Shown piece after piece: positions 20,966 through 30,750 of a stretch of DNA of 64,000 nucleotides. How positions within the stretch are numbered: the first letter of the stretch is position 1; each line of letters begins with the position of its first letter. A model generated the notes under the pieces. That model ran no database searches. It saw nothing but the letters and a program-made list of their open reading frames with translations, and was not told the origin of the DNA. Source of the stretch: an uncultured Verrucomicrobiota bacterium. Lineage in GTDB: Bacteria > Verrucomicrobiota > Verrucomicrobiia > JABWAM01. The position numbers and the translations under genes were made by a program. Location: contig CAYYYL010000011.1 in assembly GCA_964475835.1 (NCBI GenBank), positions 22,494-86,493 of the forward strand, given 5' to 3'.

Positions 20966-23044
20966 ATGCTGAACGTGGCGTCCAGATTGGAATCCGCCAT
21001 GCAGCTCCATCGGGCTGGGCAGTTCGATGAGGCGGGACGGATTTATCACGAAATCCTGAAGGAGGATCCGCGCCATCCTGACGCCCTTCATCTTCTTGGC
21101 GTGATCTGTCACCAGCGCGGGGAGCATAGCACCGCCATTGAATGGTTTGAGAAGGCCATCGCGATCAATGCCACCATTTCCGATTTTCATCGTCATTGCG
21201 GACTTGCATGGCATGAACTCCGGCAGTTCGATCGCGCGCTGGAATGCTTCAAGACGGCGCTAAGGCTTCATCCCAAAAATGCCGAGACGCATAACAACAT
21301 GGGGCACACGTACCGGGATCTTGGAAGGCTCGATGAAGCACGGACCTGTTATGAGAAGGCGGTTCAACTCGATCCCCGGTCCCACGGGGCCCACAATAAT
21401 CTGGGAAACATCCACCAATTCCAGGGCCGCCTCGAAAAAGCCGCCTCCTGCTACCGCACGGCGCTGGGCATCCAACCTCATTTTGCGGAAGGTTACAACA
21501 ACCTGGGGAACATCCTTCTCTATCAGGGCAAACCCGAGGAAGCGACCGCTCACTATCGGAAAGCTCTGGAAATCAATCCCAATTACCCCGAGGCCTTGTT
21601 GAATCTGGGAACCCGGTATAAGGACCGTGGAAATCTGACTGAAGCCGCCGCGTACTATCAAAAATCCATAGAAATCCGTCCCCGATTCACAGGGGGCCAC
21701 AGCAATCTCGGGGAAGTGTATCGGGAGCAAGGACGTCTCCCGGAGGCCATCCAGTGCTTTGAACGTGCCATGGAGTGCGATCCCTCCTTCCATTCCGCCC
21801 ACAGCAATCTCCTCTTCCTCCTCCAACATCACCCGGGCTGCCGTCCGGAAGTTCTCCTTCGCGAACACATCGAATGGGCGAAACAGCATGCCGAAAAATT
21901 CTCCACCCCCATCCCTCCGCATCGGAATGATCGGAACCCGGACCGACCGCTTCGCATCGGATATGTCTCCCCCGATTTTCGAAAACACGTGGTCGCAAGC
22001 AATCTCGAACCGATTCTCGCCAACCATGATCGGAAACAATTTCGCATCCATGCCTACTCGAATGTCCTGCAACCGGATGACGTGACTGCCCGTCTGCAGA
22101 AACTCACGGATCGCTGGCGTTCGACACTCGCGATGAGTGATGAGCAACTTGCCGCCCAGATCCGCGAGGACAAAATCGACATTCTCGTGGAGCTCGCAGG
22201 GCACACTGCACACAACCGGCTTCCTGTCTTCGCCCGAAAACCCGCCCCCGTTCAGGTCAGTTACCTGGGCTACACCTGCACCACGGGACTCTCCACCATC
22301 GACTACAGACTGACGGATGGAATGGGTGACCCCGACGGAATGACAGATCCCTTTTACACGGAAACGTTGATTCGCGTTCCCGGAAGCGTGATCTGCTACC
22401 AGCCCCTTGCAGAAACATCTCCGACCACCGCCCTGCCCGCCGACACCAACGGACACATCACCTTTGGATCTTTCAACAATCTCACCAAAACGACACCGGA
22501 CGTGGTGGCTCTCTGGTCCCGGATTCTGCAAGCCGTTCCGAATTCGACCTTGAGAATAAAGTGCAAGGCCTTCGGCGATGCGTTCACCCGTAAACTCTAC
22601 CAGACGATGTTTCAGCACCACGGGATCGACGCGTCACGACTCACCCTCGTAGCCTGGGAGACATCGATCCGTCAGCATATCGAGGCGTACCGGCATGTCG
22701 ACATCGCCCTCGATCCCTTCCCGTTCAACGGAGGCATCACCAGCTTTGAAGCCCTCTGGAGTGGAGTCCCCATCATCACCATGGAAGGCGATTCATTCGT
22801 TTCGCGCATGGGAGTCCGGCTTCTGCAAGGGGTGAATCTTCAAGATCTGATCGCCCGAACACCGGACGACTATATCCGCATCGCCACCACCCTGGCAAAC
22901 GACCTCCCCCGCCTCCGGACACTACGACAGGAGTTGAATGCTTCCATGAGGAAATCCCCTCTCATGGACGGCCCACAAATCACCCGTCACATCGAATCCG
23001 CATTTCGCTCGATGTGGAAAACCTGGTGCGGGGCCCCTTCGTGA
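20966..23044 (+). CDS. TPR-repeat protein with C-terminal GT41 (OGT-like) glycosyltransferase domain, paralogue of 17696..20074
   Basis: 692 aa; same motifs as paralogue: LRIGYVSPDFRKHVVASN, DILVELAGHTAHNRL, ALDPFPFNGGITSFEALWSGVPIITM. Confidence 0.8.
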   Translation: MLNVASRLESAMQLHRAGQFDEAGRIYHEILKEDPRHPDALHLLGVICHQRGEHSTAIEWFEKAIAINATISDFHRHCGLAWHELRQFDRALECFKTALRLHPKNAETHNNMGHTYRDLGRLDEARTCYEKAVQLDPRSHGAHNNLGNIHQFQGRLEKAASCYRTALGIQPHFAEGYNNLGNILLYQGKPEEATAHYRKALEINPNYPEALLNLGTRYKDRGNLTEAAAYYQKSIEIRPRFTGGHSNLGEVYREQGRLPEAIQCFERAMECDPSFHSAHSNLLFLLQHHPGCRPEVLLREHIEWAKQHAEKFSTPIPPHRNDRNPDRPLRIGYVSPDFRKHVVASNLEPILANHDRKQFRIHAYSNVLQPDDVTARLQKLTDRWRSTLAMSDEQLAAQIREDKIDILVELAGHTAHNRLPVFARKPAPVQVSYLGYTCTTGLSTIDYRLTDGMGDPDGMTDPFYTETLIRVPGSVICYQPLAETSPTTALPADTNGHITFGSFNNLTKTTPDVVALWSRILQAVPNSTLRIKCKAFGDAFTRKLYQTMFQHHGIDASRLTLVAWETSIRQHIEAYRHVDIALDPFPFNGGITSFEALWSGVPIITMEGDSFVSRMGVRLLQGVNLQDLIARTPDDYIRIATTLANDLPRLRTLRQELNASMRKSPLMDGPQITRHIESAFRSMWKTWCGAPS

Positions 23045-24606
23045 AAAAATCCATATCCCTTTTTCTGTTGGATCTCACGGGAGCATGGAGATTTCAAATC
23101 GTCCTCCTTTCGTTGTGGACAACCGTGGTCTATGCCCCATCCCTTCTGCACGTCGCCCGCTCGGATCATCTGCTCTACCTGATGGAAACCGCGCAGATCC
23201 ACGACTGGCCCACACTGGGGCTGAAGCTGTTCGCTTTCACCCGCCAGCGAACGATGGTGGAGGGTGATATGCTCCTTTTTCGTCCACTTTTCTATTCCAT
23301 GATGGGTACGGAAAAGTGGCTCTTCGGCCACCATTTCATCCGGTGGCAGGTGGTGGGGGTTCTCCTGCATCTCGCCATCCTCTTCTGGCTCCTTGGGATC
23401 CTGAGATCCTTGGGGCTCCGGCGTTCGGCGTTGATGCTCGTACTTTTTTTCGCATCGATCCCCCTGGGAATGGACATGGTGATCTGGCATCATCTGCACG
23501 GATATCTCTTTTTCATCTGGATGGTGTTGATCGCATTTCATGAAGCCTGTCGCATGTCGAAGACCAGCACCAGGAGCATGCGTTCCCTGAGTGTCATGGC
23601 CATCTCCCTCACCCTGGCCACATTCACCTACGAAGCCGGGTTTCTGTTCACCCTTCTTTTTGCCGTCTTTGTGGGATGCCACCGGACCTCCTCCCATTCC
23701 GTGGCATCAAGGATGCGCGCATCCCTATTACTGGCTCTGCCAGCACTCGCCTATGTGGGATGGGACGTGATGGATTTTCTCGGGAGAGTCCACGCCCCTG
23801 AAGCCAATCGCATCCTTTCAACTTTCCGACCCCTGAAAACATTCACATCGATGGGGGTTGCAGGGTTTTGGTGGATTTATGGAGGAATGACCGCCTCCCA
23901 ACTTCCCTTTGTGGGAACCATCGCATCCCGGCTTGGAATCTCATCCGAAAGCCCCCTGTTTCCCATCCTAAATCCGCCTTGGCACCTGCAGGAAATTCTT
24001 CTTCACCTCTTTTTTGCGATTCTCCTATGCGCATGCCTGTGGATACTAGCCTCCACCATGACAACGGAGCATCTGCGAAAGAGATGGCCTCTTCTCGCCC
24101 TGACCCTGGGAATGATGGGGATCTATCTTCTATTAATTGTGGTGGGACGAACGAATGCCCGTGGAGTGGAACCGGTTTTAAAAAACAACATTTACTACAG
24201 CTATCCCTTCTGGGCCCTGGTGATCCTCACCGTGGGATTGATCGGGAATGCGAAACGATCCCACAACATTCATCCCTGGCTCCGGAACGGAACCCTGTTG
24301 CTCCTGTTGGGCCTGGCCTTATGGAACAGCCATGTCATCTGGACCATCAACCGTGGAATGGCTCATCAACATGCCCCCGTTCGACAACTGATCCAACAAG
24401 TGGATGCGTTTGTTCAACAGCACCCCGAACCGGATCTTTCTTTTGAGATCGGTTCCAACGTGGAGGGAAACTCAACCCTGTTTCAAGTCCAGGAAGGATC
24501 CGTCTCCAAAGGCGTGACCATGATCGACATTCTCTATCCACAATATTCCAAAAAAAGGGGAGCGACTTACTTTTTTGACGGGAAGACTTGGACACCAAAA
24601 TCCTGA
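23014..24606 (+). CDS. polytopic membrane protein (>=10 predicted TM helices), possible GT-C-fold glycosyltransferase; function unknown
   Basis: 530 aa, many hydrophobic segments with short loops, soluble C-terminal tail; 5' end overlaps the preceding GT41 gene by 31 nt in the ORF-track frame (true start may be downstream); no recognisable motif. Confidence 0.45.
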   Translation: MENLVRGPFVKKSISLFLLDLTGAWRFQIVLLSLWTTVVYAPSLLHVARSDHLLYLMETAQIHDWPTLGLKLFAFTRQRTMVEGDMLLFRPLFYSMMGTEKWLFGHHFIRWQVVGVLLHLAILFWLLGILRSLGLRRSALMLVLFFASIPLGMDMVIWHHLHGYLFFIWMVLIAFHEACRMSKTSTRSMRSLSVMAISLTLATFTYEAGFLFTLLFAVFVGCHRTSSHSVASRMRASLLLALPALAYVGWDVMDFLGRVHAPEANRILSTFRPLKTFTSMGVAGFWWIYGGMTASQLPFVGTIASRLGISSESPLFPILNPPWHLQEILLHLFFAILLCACLWILASTMTTEHLRKRWPLLALTLGMMGIYLLLIVVGRTNARGVEPVLKNNIYYSYPFWALVILTVGLIGNAKRSHNIHPWLRNGTLLLLLGLALWNSHVIWTINRGMAHQHAPVRQLIQQVDAFVQQHPEPDLSFEIGSNVEGNSTLFQVQEGSVSKGVTMIDILYPQYSKKRGATYFFDGKTWTPKS

Positions 24607-24755
24607 TCGGGATGCACGCCAAGTTTGTGTGTCATCGCATTTCAGAGCAAGGAACCCATCCCCTCTGAAATGCCTCCCCCAGCCTTTTGAGTCGCCTGCT
24701 GAAAAAGAAATGCACATTCCGGAAAAATACGCCATAGTCTCCTTCTTCATTCTTC

Positions 24756-25400
24756 ATGCGCACCCTCTCTCATCTCTTCAAAAACAACAAATCCTGGGCC
24801 GATCGCATCCGGCAACAGGATCCGGAATTCTTTCCCAAGCTTTCCAAGCAGCAATCCCCCCAATACCTCTGGATTGGGTGTTCGGACAGTCGCGTCCCCG
24901 CCAATGAAATCGTGGGACTCCTACCCGGCGAACTCTTTGTGCATCGAAACGTCGCCAATCTGGTGGTCCACACGGATCTCAATTGCCTCTCCGTTATGCA
25001 GTTCGCCGTCGACATGCTGAAGGTGCGCCACATCATCGTTTGTGGCCACTATGGATGCAGTGGTGTGCATGCCGCGTTTCGGGGCGACCGGCTGGGCCTG
25101 AGCGACAACTGGCTGCGACACGTCCAGGACGTGCGGCAGAAACATGAACGCCATCTTGCATCCATTTCAGGGGATCCCGCAGCTTCCAATCGTCTTTGTG
25201 AATTAAACGTCATCGAACAGGTGGTCAACGTCTGCCACACCACCATTGTTCGCGAGGCATGGGAACGCGGACAGGAGTTGACGGTGCACGGCTGGATTTA
25301 CGGGCTGCATGACGGGATCCTGCGAGACTTGAACGTCACCGTCACCAGCCTCAAGGAAACCCTTCCCATCTATCAGGCCGCCATTTCGGGGTTGGTATAA
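24756..25400 (+). CDS. can: beta-class carbonic anhydrase
   Basis: 214 aa; zinc-ligand motifs CSDSRV and HYGCSG, NLVVHTDLN region. Confidence 0.85.
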   Translation: MRTLSHLFKNNKSWADRIRQQDPEFFPKLSKQQSPQYLWIGCSDSRVPANEIVGLLPGELFVHRNVANLVVHTDLNCLSVMQFAVDMLKVRHIIVCGHYGCSGVHAAFRGDRLGLSDNWLRHVQDVRQKHERHLASISGDPAASNRLCELNVIEQVVNVCHTTIVREAWERGQELTVHGWIYGLHDGILRDLNVTVTSLKETLPIYQAAISGLV

Positions 25401-25422
25401 AGGTATCGCACGAACCGTTTTT

Positions 25423-25917
25423 CTAAATCGATTTTCCATTCGTCACCCGCGTGTTGGCGTGGGTAAGCGCGACGGCAAGAGCATCCGCCGCATCCGGCTC
25501 GGGAGTTTCCGTCATGCCCAGCATCGCCCGGATCATGAACCCCACCTGGTTTTTCTTCGCGCCACCCACACCGACCACACTCTGTTTCACACGACGGGGG
25601 GCGTATTCGTGAATTTCCAGTCCGGCTTCGGAAGCGGCGAGGATCGCTGCGCCACGAGCCTGCCCCATCACGATGGCGGTGCGGACGTTCTGCGCGTAAA
25701 TCAATCCCTCCATGGCCACCACGTGCGGCTTGTGCCGGCGGATCACTTCCTCGATTTTTCTGAAAATCAGGGAGAGACAAGACGAAGCCTTGACCCCCGG
25801 CGGATTGTGAATGACTCCGAATTCAACGGCGCGAAACCGGCTCCCCTCCACTAGAAGAATTCCCCATCCCGTGCCCCTCAGAGATGGATCGATGCCGAGG
25901 ATGATCCTGGGATCCAT
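25423..25917 (-). CDS. ruvC: crossover junction endodeoxyribonuclease RuvC
   Basis: Start at MDPRIILGIDPSLRGTGWGIL (catalytic Asp in GIDPS); 165 aa. Confidence 0.85.
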   Translation of the reverse strand: MDPRIILGIDPSLRGTGWGILLVEGSRFRAVEFGVIHNPPGVKASSCLSLIFRKIEEVIRRHKPHVVAMEGLIYAQNVRTAIVMGQARGAAILAASEAGLEIHEYAPRRVKQSVVGVGGAKKNQVGFMIRAMLGMTETPEPDAADALAVALTHANTRVTNGKSI

Positions 25918-25918
25918 G

Positions 25919-26488
25919 TCAGGCATTGAGCTGAAGAAAATTCTTTAGAATCGTCTTTCCATGCTGAGTGAGGATGGACTCCGGATGGAACTGCACTCCC
26001 CAGATGGGGTGATCCTTGTGACGCAGCGCCATGACCTCCTTTTCGTCCGTCTCCGCCGTGATCTTCAAACAGGAGGGAAACGTCTCACGCTTGACCACAA
26101 GCGAATGATAACGCGTGGCTTCAAAGGGATTGGGCAGGCCCAGAAAAAGGTCCTTCGAGTCGTGATGAATCGCGGAGGTCTTTCCGTGCATCATGCGATA
26201 GTTCTGAATCACATTTCCGCCAAACACATGCCCGATGCACTGATGTCCCAGACAGACGCCGAGAAGCGGGATCGTGGGGCCAAAGGTCTTGATGATGTCG
26301 TTGGAGAGGCCCGCCTCGGTGGGCGAACATGGGCCCGGTGAGATGACGATGCGCCCGGGCTTCATCGCACGGATTTCATCAAGCGTCACCTGATCGTTTC
26401 GTTTGACGATCATTTCACAGCCCATCTCCCCGAAATACTGGACGAGGTTGTAGGTAAAGCTGTCGTAGTTGTCGATGATCAGAAGCAT
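25919..26488 (-). CDS. trpG: anthranilate/aminodeoxychorismate synthase component II (class I glutamine amidotransferase)
   Basis: Start at [19 protein letters not shown]; catalytic [10 protein letters not shown]; FHPESILT C-terminus; trpG vs pabA not distinguishable by eye. Confidence 0.85.
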   Translation of the reverse strand: MLLIIDNYDSFTYNLVQYFGEMGCEMIVKRNDQVTLDEIRAMKPGRIVISPGPCSPTEAGLSNDIIKTFGPTIPLLGVCLGHQCIGHVFGGNVIQNYRMMHGKTSAIHHDSKDLFLGLPNPFEATRYHSLVVKRETFPSCLKITAETDEKEVMALRHKDHPIWGVQFHPESILTQHGKTILKNFLQLNA

Positions 26489-26694
26489 GGGAATAGTCAG
26501 GAGTCTGGGTCTCCGAAAGAGTGCCGGTTTTGATGGAGCGCCACAACCTGCCGTGGCCACAACTGGAGCATGGCGACGACGGAGCGTCGACCTCCATCAC
26601 AAGGCGGACAATCTAATTCATGATGGGTTTCATTTCAAAACTATATTGAGGCTTTATCGCCATCGAAACTCTTGGTAGAGAGGGGCGGATCGTC

Positions 26695-27780
26695 ATGGAA
26701 CTTCACGATAACAGCTTCTTCAAGTGCTTCAGTGAAGCAGGGGCGCGGCATCTTCTCAGCTATGCCCATAAGAATACATATCTGCACCCGACCATCCTGT
26801 TCGAGGAAGGACAACCCTCGGACGGCATCTTTCTCGTCATCGAGGGAACCGTGCGCCTCAGCAAACAAGGCAAGGGTGGCGCCTATGTGGACATTGCCAC
26901 CGTTCATGCGGGGGACTATTTCGGAGAACTCGGAGTGCTCGACAACTCCCCGCGCAGCGCTCGCGCGTCGTGTTATGGGCCGACGCAGCTCGCGGTCCTT
27001 CCCAACACCCCCGTGCTTGAGACCATTCGACAGGAGCCCGGCACCACCGCCATCGCCCTCTTCGGAAGTGTGATGCAGCACCTTCGCGATGCCAATGATC
27101 GTTTTATTGAGGAGATCTCGAAAAAGGAAAAGCTGCAAACCGTCGGAGAAATGGCGAGCAAGATCATCCACGACTTCAAGACCCCGATCGCCACCATTCA
27201 GCTCGCCTCCAATCTCATTGCGGAAACTTCCACCGATCCAAAGATTCAGAAAAAATGCGGCGTCATCCAACAGGAGACCTTTGAGATCGTCACCATGGTT
27301 CAGGAATTGCTCGAATTCGCAAAGAGCGAATCCTCGCTCAAACGGATCCCCCTCCCCATCTCCCAGCTCCTGGAGAGCTTTCGTTCGATGAATGAAGACC
27401 TCCTCACAAAAGCCGGGGTTCAGTTAAACATCCGCCCCATCAGTGAACCGGTGAAGATGGATCTTCACGCCATGCTCCGGGTGCTCCGCAACCTCATGAG
27501 CAACGCCCTCGAAGTCCTTCCCGAAGGCCGGGGTGAATTGAGGGTGGAGGCTTTCGACCGCGGGGACCACATCGAACTCACCTTCCACGATAATGGCCCC
27601 GGCATTCCCATGCATATCCGCAGCACCCTGTTCGATCCCTTCGTCACCAGCGGGAAAAAGAATGGCATTGGTCTGGGTCTGGCGATTGTCAAAAGTATTA
27701 TTGAATCCCACGAAGGAACGATTTCCTGCGCTTCGAGTCCAAAAGGCGGCACAACTTTCTCCATCCTTCTCAAAAAGTAG
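26695..27780 (+). CDS. cyclic-nucleotide-binding (CNB) domain sensor histidine kinase
   Basis: 361 aa; N-terminal CNB domain (FGELGVL...PRSARA phosphate-binding cassette), HisKA with IHDFKTPIATI phospho-His box, HATPase_c (HDNGPGIP, GIGLGLAIVKSI); no adjacent response regulator. Confidence 0.8.
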   Translation: MELHDNSFFKCFSEAGARHLLSYAHKNTYLHPTILFEEGQPSDGIFLVIEGTVRLSKQGKGGAYVDIATVHAGDYFGELGVLDNSPRSARASCYGPTQLAVLPNTPVLETIRQEPGTTAIALFGSVMQHLRDANDRFIEEISKKEKLQTVGEMASKIIHDFKTPIATIQLASNLIAETSTDPKIQKKCGVIQQETFEIVTMVQELLEFAKSESSLKRIPLPISQLLESFRSMNEDLLTKAGVQLNIRPISEPVKMDLHAMLRVLRNLMSNALEVLPEGRGELRVEAFDRGDHIELTFHDNGPGIPMHIRSTLFDPFVTSGKKNGIGLGLAIVKSIIESHEGTISCASSPKGGTTFSILLKK

Positions 27781-27822
27781 AAATTCAAGCCGATAACTTG
27801 AAAGGATTCCATTCTTGAAGGC

Positions 27823-28758
27823 ATGAAATTTTCATTTACATCAATCCTTATTCTGGGATTTCTCATCGGGTGCACGATCTTTCGCGTGGAGGCGCAAGAG
27901 GCCCAATCGGAAGCGGTGAAATCCCGCATTCTGATGCGCGAGCAGATGGAAATCCAGTTGCAGCAGATGGAGACCTCCATCGGGGATTCGGACGGCGACC
28001 TTGGCGAACAGATTTTGGTGCGCCGCAAGCCCAAGCCCTGGACGATCACACTCTCCTCAGACGTGGGTGAGATTTTTTCATCCAACGTCACCCTCGTGAA
28101 CGAGGATCACATCTCGGACTTTGCCCTCACGCATAACGACGCATTCAACGGCACCTACAAGTTCACGGACGAGCTTTCGCTCTCAGCCTGGTATCGTTAT
28201 TCGATCTACCGGTACAACCGGCTGATCCTCCAGAATTTTGACGCCCACAATGCAGGTGGAAGTCTCTCCTACGCGCTCCCTGAAAATTTCAGTCTGAACA
28301 CGGGTGTCCAGTGGACCACCATCTATAGCAGCCCCGTGGGTGACTCCGTGTACGAGGAGGCAGACTGGTCCATCGGCGCAAGCAAAGTGGTTCCCCTCAA
28401 CTTCGCCCCCTGGGTCAAGGACAAGGCAGCTTGGTTCGCCGGCTATCAGACCGATGTGCGCATCGCGAGTCCGAAGGACTATGATAAAGTGGAAGTCTCC
28501 CCCTACACGGGCCTTTCCTACCAGATTCTCCCCAAGCTCACGGCCCAGGCATTCTACCGGTGGCAATACCAGCATTTCCAACGGGATGGTCGCAAGGACT
28601 ACAACAACTCAATCTCGGGAAGCATCGCATGGGCTCCTTACGACTGGCTGAGCTGGAGTGCTTTTGTTGGGTCAACCTGGAACAATTCGGTGGGTACCAC
28701 CCGGGATTATCAGGTATTGAATCTCGGGACATCCGTTCGTTTTTCGTGGAAGTTCTGA
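27823..28758 (+). CDS. outer-membrane beta-barrel protein, unknown function
   Basis: 311 aa; signal peptide MKFSFTSILILGFLIGCTIFRVEA; alternating amphipathic strands; C-terminal aromatic (..RFSWKF) typical of OMPs. Confidence 0.5.
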   Translation: MKFSFTSILILGFLIGCTIFRVEAQEAQSEAVKSRILMREQMEIQLQQMETSIGDSDGDLGEQILVRRKPKPWTITLSSDVGEIFSSNVTLVNEDHISDFALTHNDAFNGTYKFTDELSLSAWYRYSIYRYNRLILQNFDAHNAGGSLSYALPENFSLNTGVQWTTIYSSPVGDSVYEEADWSIGASKVVPLNFAPWVKDKAAWFAGYQTDVRIASPKDYDKVEVSPYTGLSYQILPKLTAQAFYRWQYQHFQRDGRKDYNNSISGSIAWAPYDWLSWSAFVGSTWNNSVGTTRDYQVLNLGTSVRFSWKF

Positions 28759-28873
28759 TTCGACCCTCTGAAATCACTAATCAGGCATGAAGGAAGCCGT
28801 TGAATGCTATTGACGAACGCCTTTCGTCCTTCCATGCTGGAAGCATATCGTTGACTTCAATAAGGTTCATTCG

Positions 28874-29125
28874 ATGGAGCCCGATCCAGTAACACCCAAA
28901 AGCAAGGACTTGGGAAAATGGGAGGAGACTCTTCTTCAAAAATCCGCCCTGTATAAGGAATTTCAGGCGGAACGGGAGGAGATTTTACGGCATAAGTGGA
29001 TCGAAAGCGAAAAGGCAGGTTACGACATTGGTTTTGAACGTGCCCTCCTCGATTGGATTGTTCGTTTCCGCACCACCTGGCGTAAAAACAGAAAGAGCCA
29101 ACACACCACTTCATCCCGATCCTGA
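28874..29125 (+). CDS. small conserved hypothetical protein (83 aa)
   Basis: ORF-track ORF with an internal KWIESEKAGYDIGFERALLDWI motif. This resembles the W..G.D.G...W..AE signatures of small DUF2934-like proteins, but the family assignment is tentative. Confidence 0.35.
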   Translation: MEPDPVTPKSKDLGKWEETLLQKSALYKEFQAEREEILRHKWIESEKAGYDIGFERALLDWIVRFRTTWRKNRKSQHTTSSRS

Positions 29126-29167
29126 TCCCCTCAAACCTTGAATTTGGTCCTGCGAGGCCAGAAAGGT

Positions 29168-29698
29168 ATGACCACCATCCTCAACACCGATGCCATGCAA
29201 CGGGCGCTCTCCCGCATGGCCCATGAAATTCTCGAGCACCACGATTCCATCGACCGGCTTGCTCTCCTTGGTCTTCAAACCCGTGGCGTCTTTCTTGCCC
29301 GGCGCCTCTCCCGAAAGATTTTTGAGATCACCGGGCGTGAGGTTCCCACCGGATCCATCGACATCTCGATGTACCGGGATGACCTCGACCTTCGCGGGGC
29401 CCCTCCGACTGTCAAAAACACGGACATCCCCTTCGATCTGAACGATCGCCAGATCGTCCTCGTCGACGATGTCCTTTTCACCGGACGCTCCGCCCGCGCC
29501 GCCATGGATGCCCTGACCGACTTCGGACGGCCCCGGCGCATCCAGCTGGCAGTCCTCATCGACCGCGGCCACCGCGAACTACCCATCCGCGCCGATTACG
29601 TGGGGAAAAACGTCCCCACCTCAAAAAAAGAAAATATCCACGTCCGCATGAAGGAGGAGGATGGAGAAGACGTGGTGACCCTACAAAAGGAACTCTAG
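29168..29698 (+). CDS. pyrR: bifunctional pyrimidine operon regulator / uracil phosphoribosyltransferase PyrR
   Basis: Start at MTTILN; PRPP-binding motif VLVDDVLFTGRSARAAMDAL; directly precedes pyrB. Confidence 0.85.
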   Translation: MTTILNTDAMQRALSRMAHEILEHHDSIDRLALLGLQTRGVFLARRLSRKIFEITGREVPTGSIDISMYRDDLDLRGAPPTVKNTDIPFDLNDRQIVLVDDVLFTGRSARAAMDALTDFGRPRRIQLAVLIDRGHRELPIRADYVGKNVPTSKKENIHVRMKEEDGEDVVTLQKEL

Positions 29699-29707
29699 GG
29701 ATCAGCC

Positions 29708-30706
29708 TTGAGTCTCCAACCCCGCATTCCCACGGATAACCGACAACAAAAACTGCCCCCCATGGCCTGGACCCGCAAACATCTCCTTACGATCGAGGAA
29801 CTCAGCGCCGAGGAAATCACCCTCGTCCTCGACACCGCCGCCTCGTTCAAGGAGGTCTCCACGCGAACGATCAAGAAGGTCCCTGCCCTACGCGGGAAAA
29901 CGGTGGTCAGCCTCTTCATGGAGCCCAGCACACGGACCCGGGTCTCCTTCGAACTCGCCGCCAAGCGCCTCTCCGCCGATACCCTCAGCATCACCGCCCA
30001 AGCCTCCAGCATCACCAAGGGCGAAACCCTCAAGGACACCGCCCGAAATATCGAGGCCATGAACGCGGACTTCGTTGTCCTTCGCCACTCCGCCGCAGGA
30101 TCCCCCCGTTTTCTGGCGGAACGCCTCCACGCAAGCATCGTCAACGCAGGGGATGGCGCCCACGAGCATCCCACCCAGGCCCTTCTCGACACCTTCACCA
30201 TCCGCGAAAAGCTTGGCCGGGTCGCCGGATTGAATGTCCTGATCCTGGGCGACATCCTCTTCAGCCGCGTGGCACGCTCCAACATCTGGGCCCTCACCAA
30301 GCTCGGCGCAAACGTCACCCTCTGCGGCCCCACCACCCTCGTTCCATCAGTCTTCAAGGAACTCGGCGTCCGGATCACGAACAACATCGATGAAGCCATC
30401 CGGGAAGCCGATGTGATCAACCTCCTTCGCATTCAACACGAACGGCAACGAAAGAGCTTCTTTCCCAGCATCGGAGAGTACAAATCCATGTTCGGCCTCA
30501 CCCAGGAACGTTTTCGAACCGCCAAACCTGAGGTGCTCATCATGCATCCCGGCCCCATCAACCGCGGAGTCGAAATCGCAAGCGAAGTGGCGGACTCCCC
30601 ACGCAGCGTCATCCTCGAACAGGTCACCAATGGCCTCGCCGTGCGCATGGCCGTTCTCTTTCTCCTCAACGGAGTCCAGTCCCCCGTCGGCGAATCCACA
30701 GCCTGA
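29708..30706 (+). CDS. pyrB: aspartate carbamoyltransferase catalytic subunit
   Basis: 332 aa; STRTR carbamoyl-phosphate motif (FMEPSTRTRVSFELAAKRL), HPGP/ HPLP-like motif (IMHPGPINRG); true start may be the Met at 29762. Confidence 0.9.
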   Translation: MSLQPRIPTDNRQQKLPPMAWTRKHLLTIEELSAEEITLVLDTAASFKEVSTRTIKKVPALRGKTVVSLFMEPSTRTRVSFELAAKRLSADTLSITAQASSITKGETLKDTARNIEAMNADFVVLRHSAAGSPRFLAERLHASIVNAGDGAHEHPTQALLDTFTIREKLGRVAGLNVLILGDILFSRVARSNIWALTKLGANVTLCGPTTLVPSVFKELGVRITNNIDEAIREADVINLLRIQHERQRKSFFPSIGEYKSMFGLTQERFRTAKPEVLIMHPGPINRGVEIASEVADSPRSVILEQVTNGLAVRMAVLFLLNGVQSPVGESTA

Positions 30707-30750
30707 CAGATCGTCCAGCCCATCCCGTTCCGCATTGACCCCCGCGAGGT

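Noticed and set aside
21260-22621. 453-aa minus-strand ORF antisense to the second TPR/GT41 gene
   Set aside because: Embedded antisense frame with no recognisable domain, whereas the sense frame has clear TPR and GT41 motifs.
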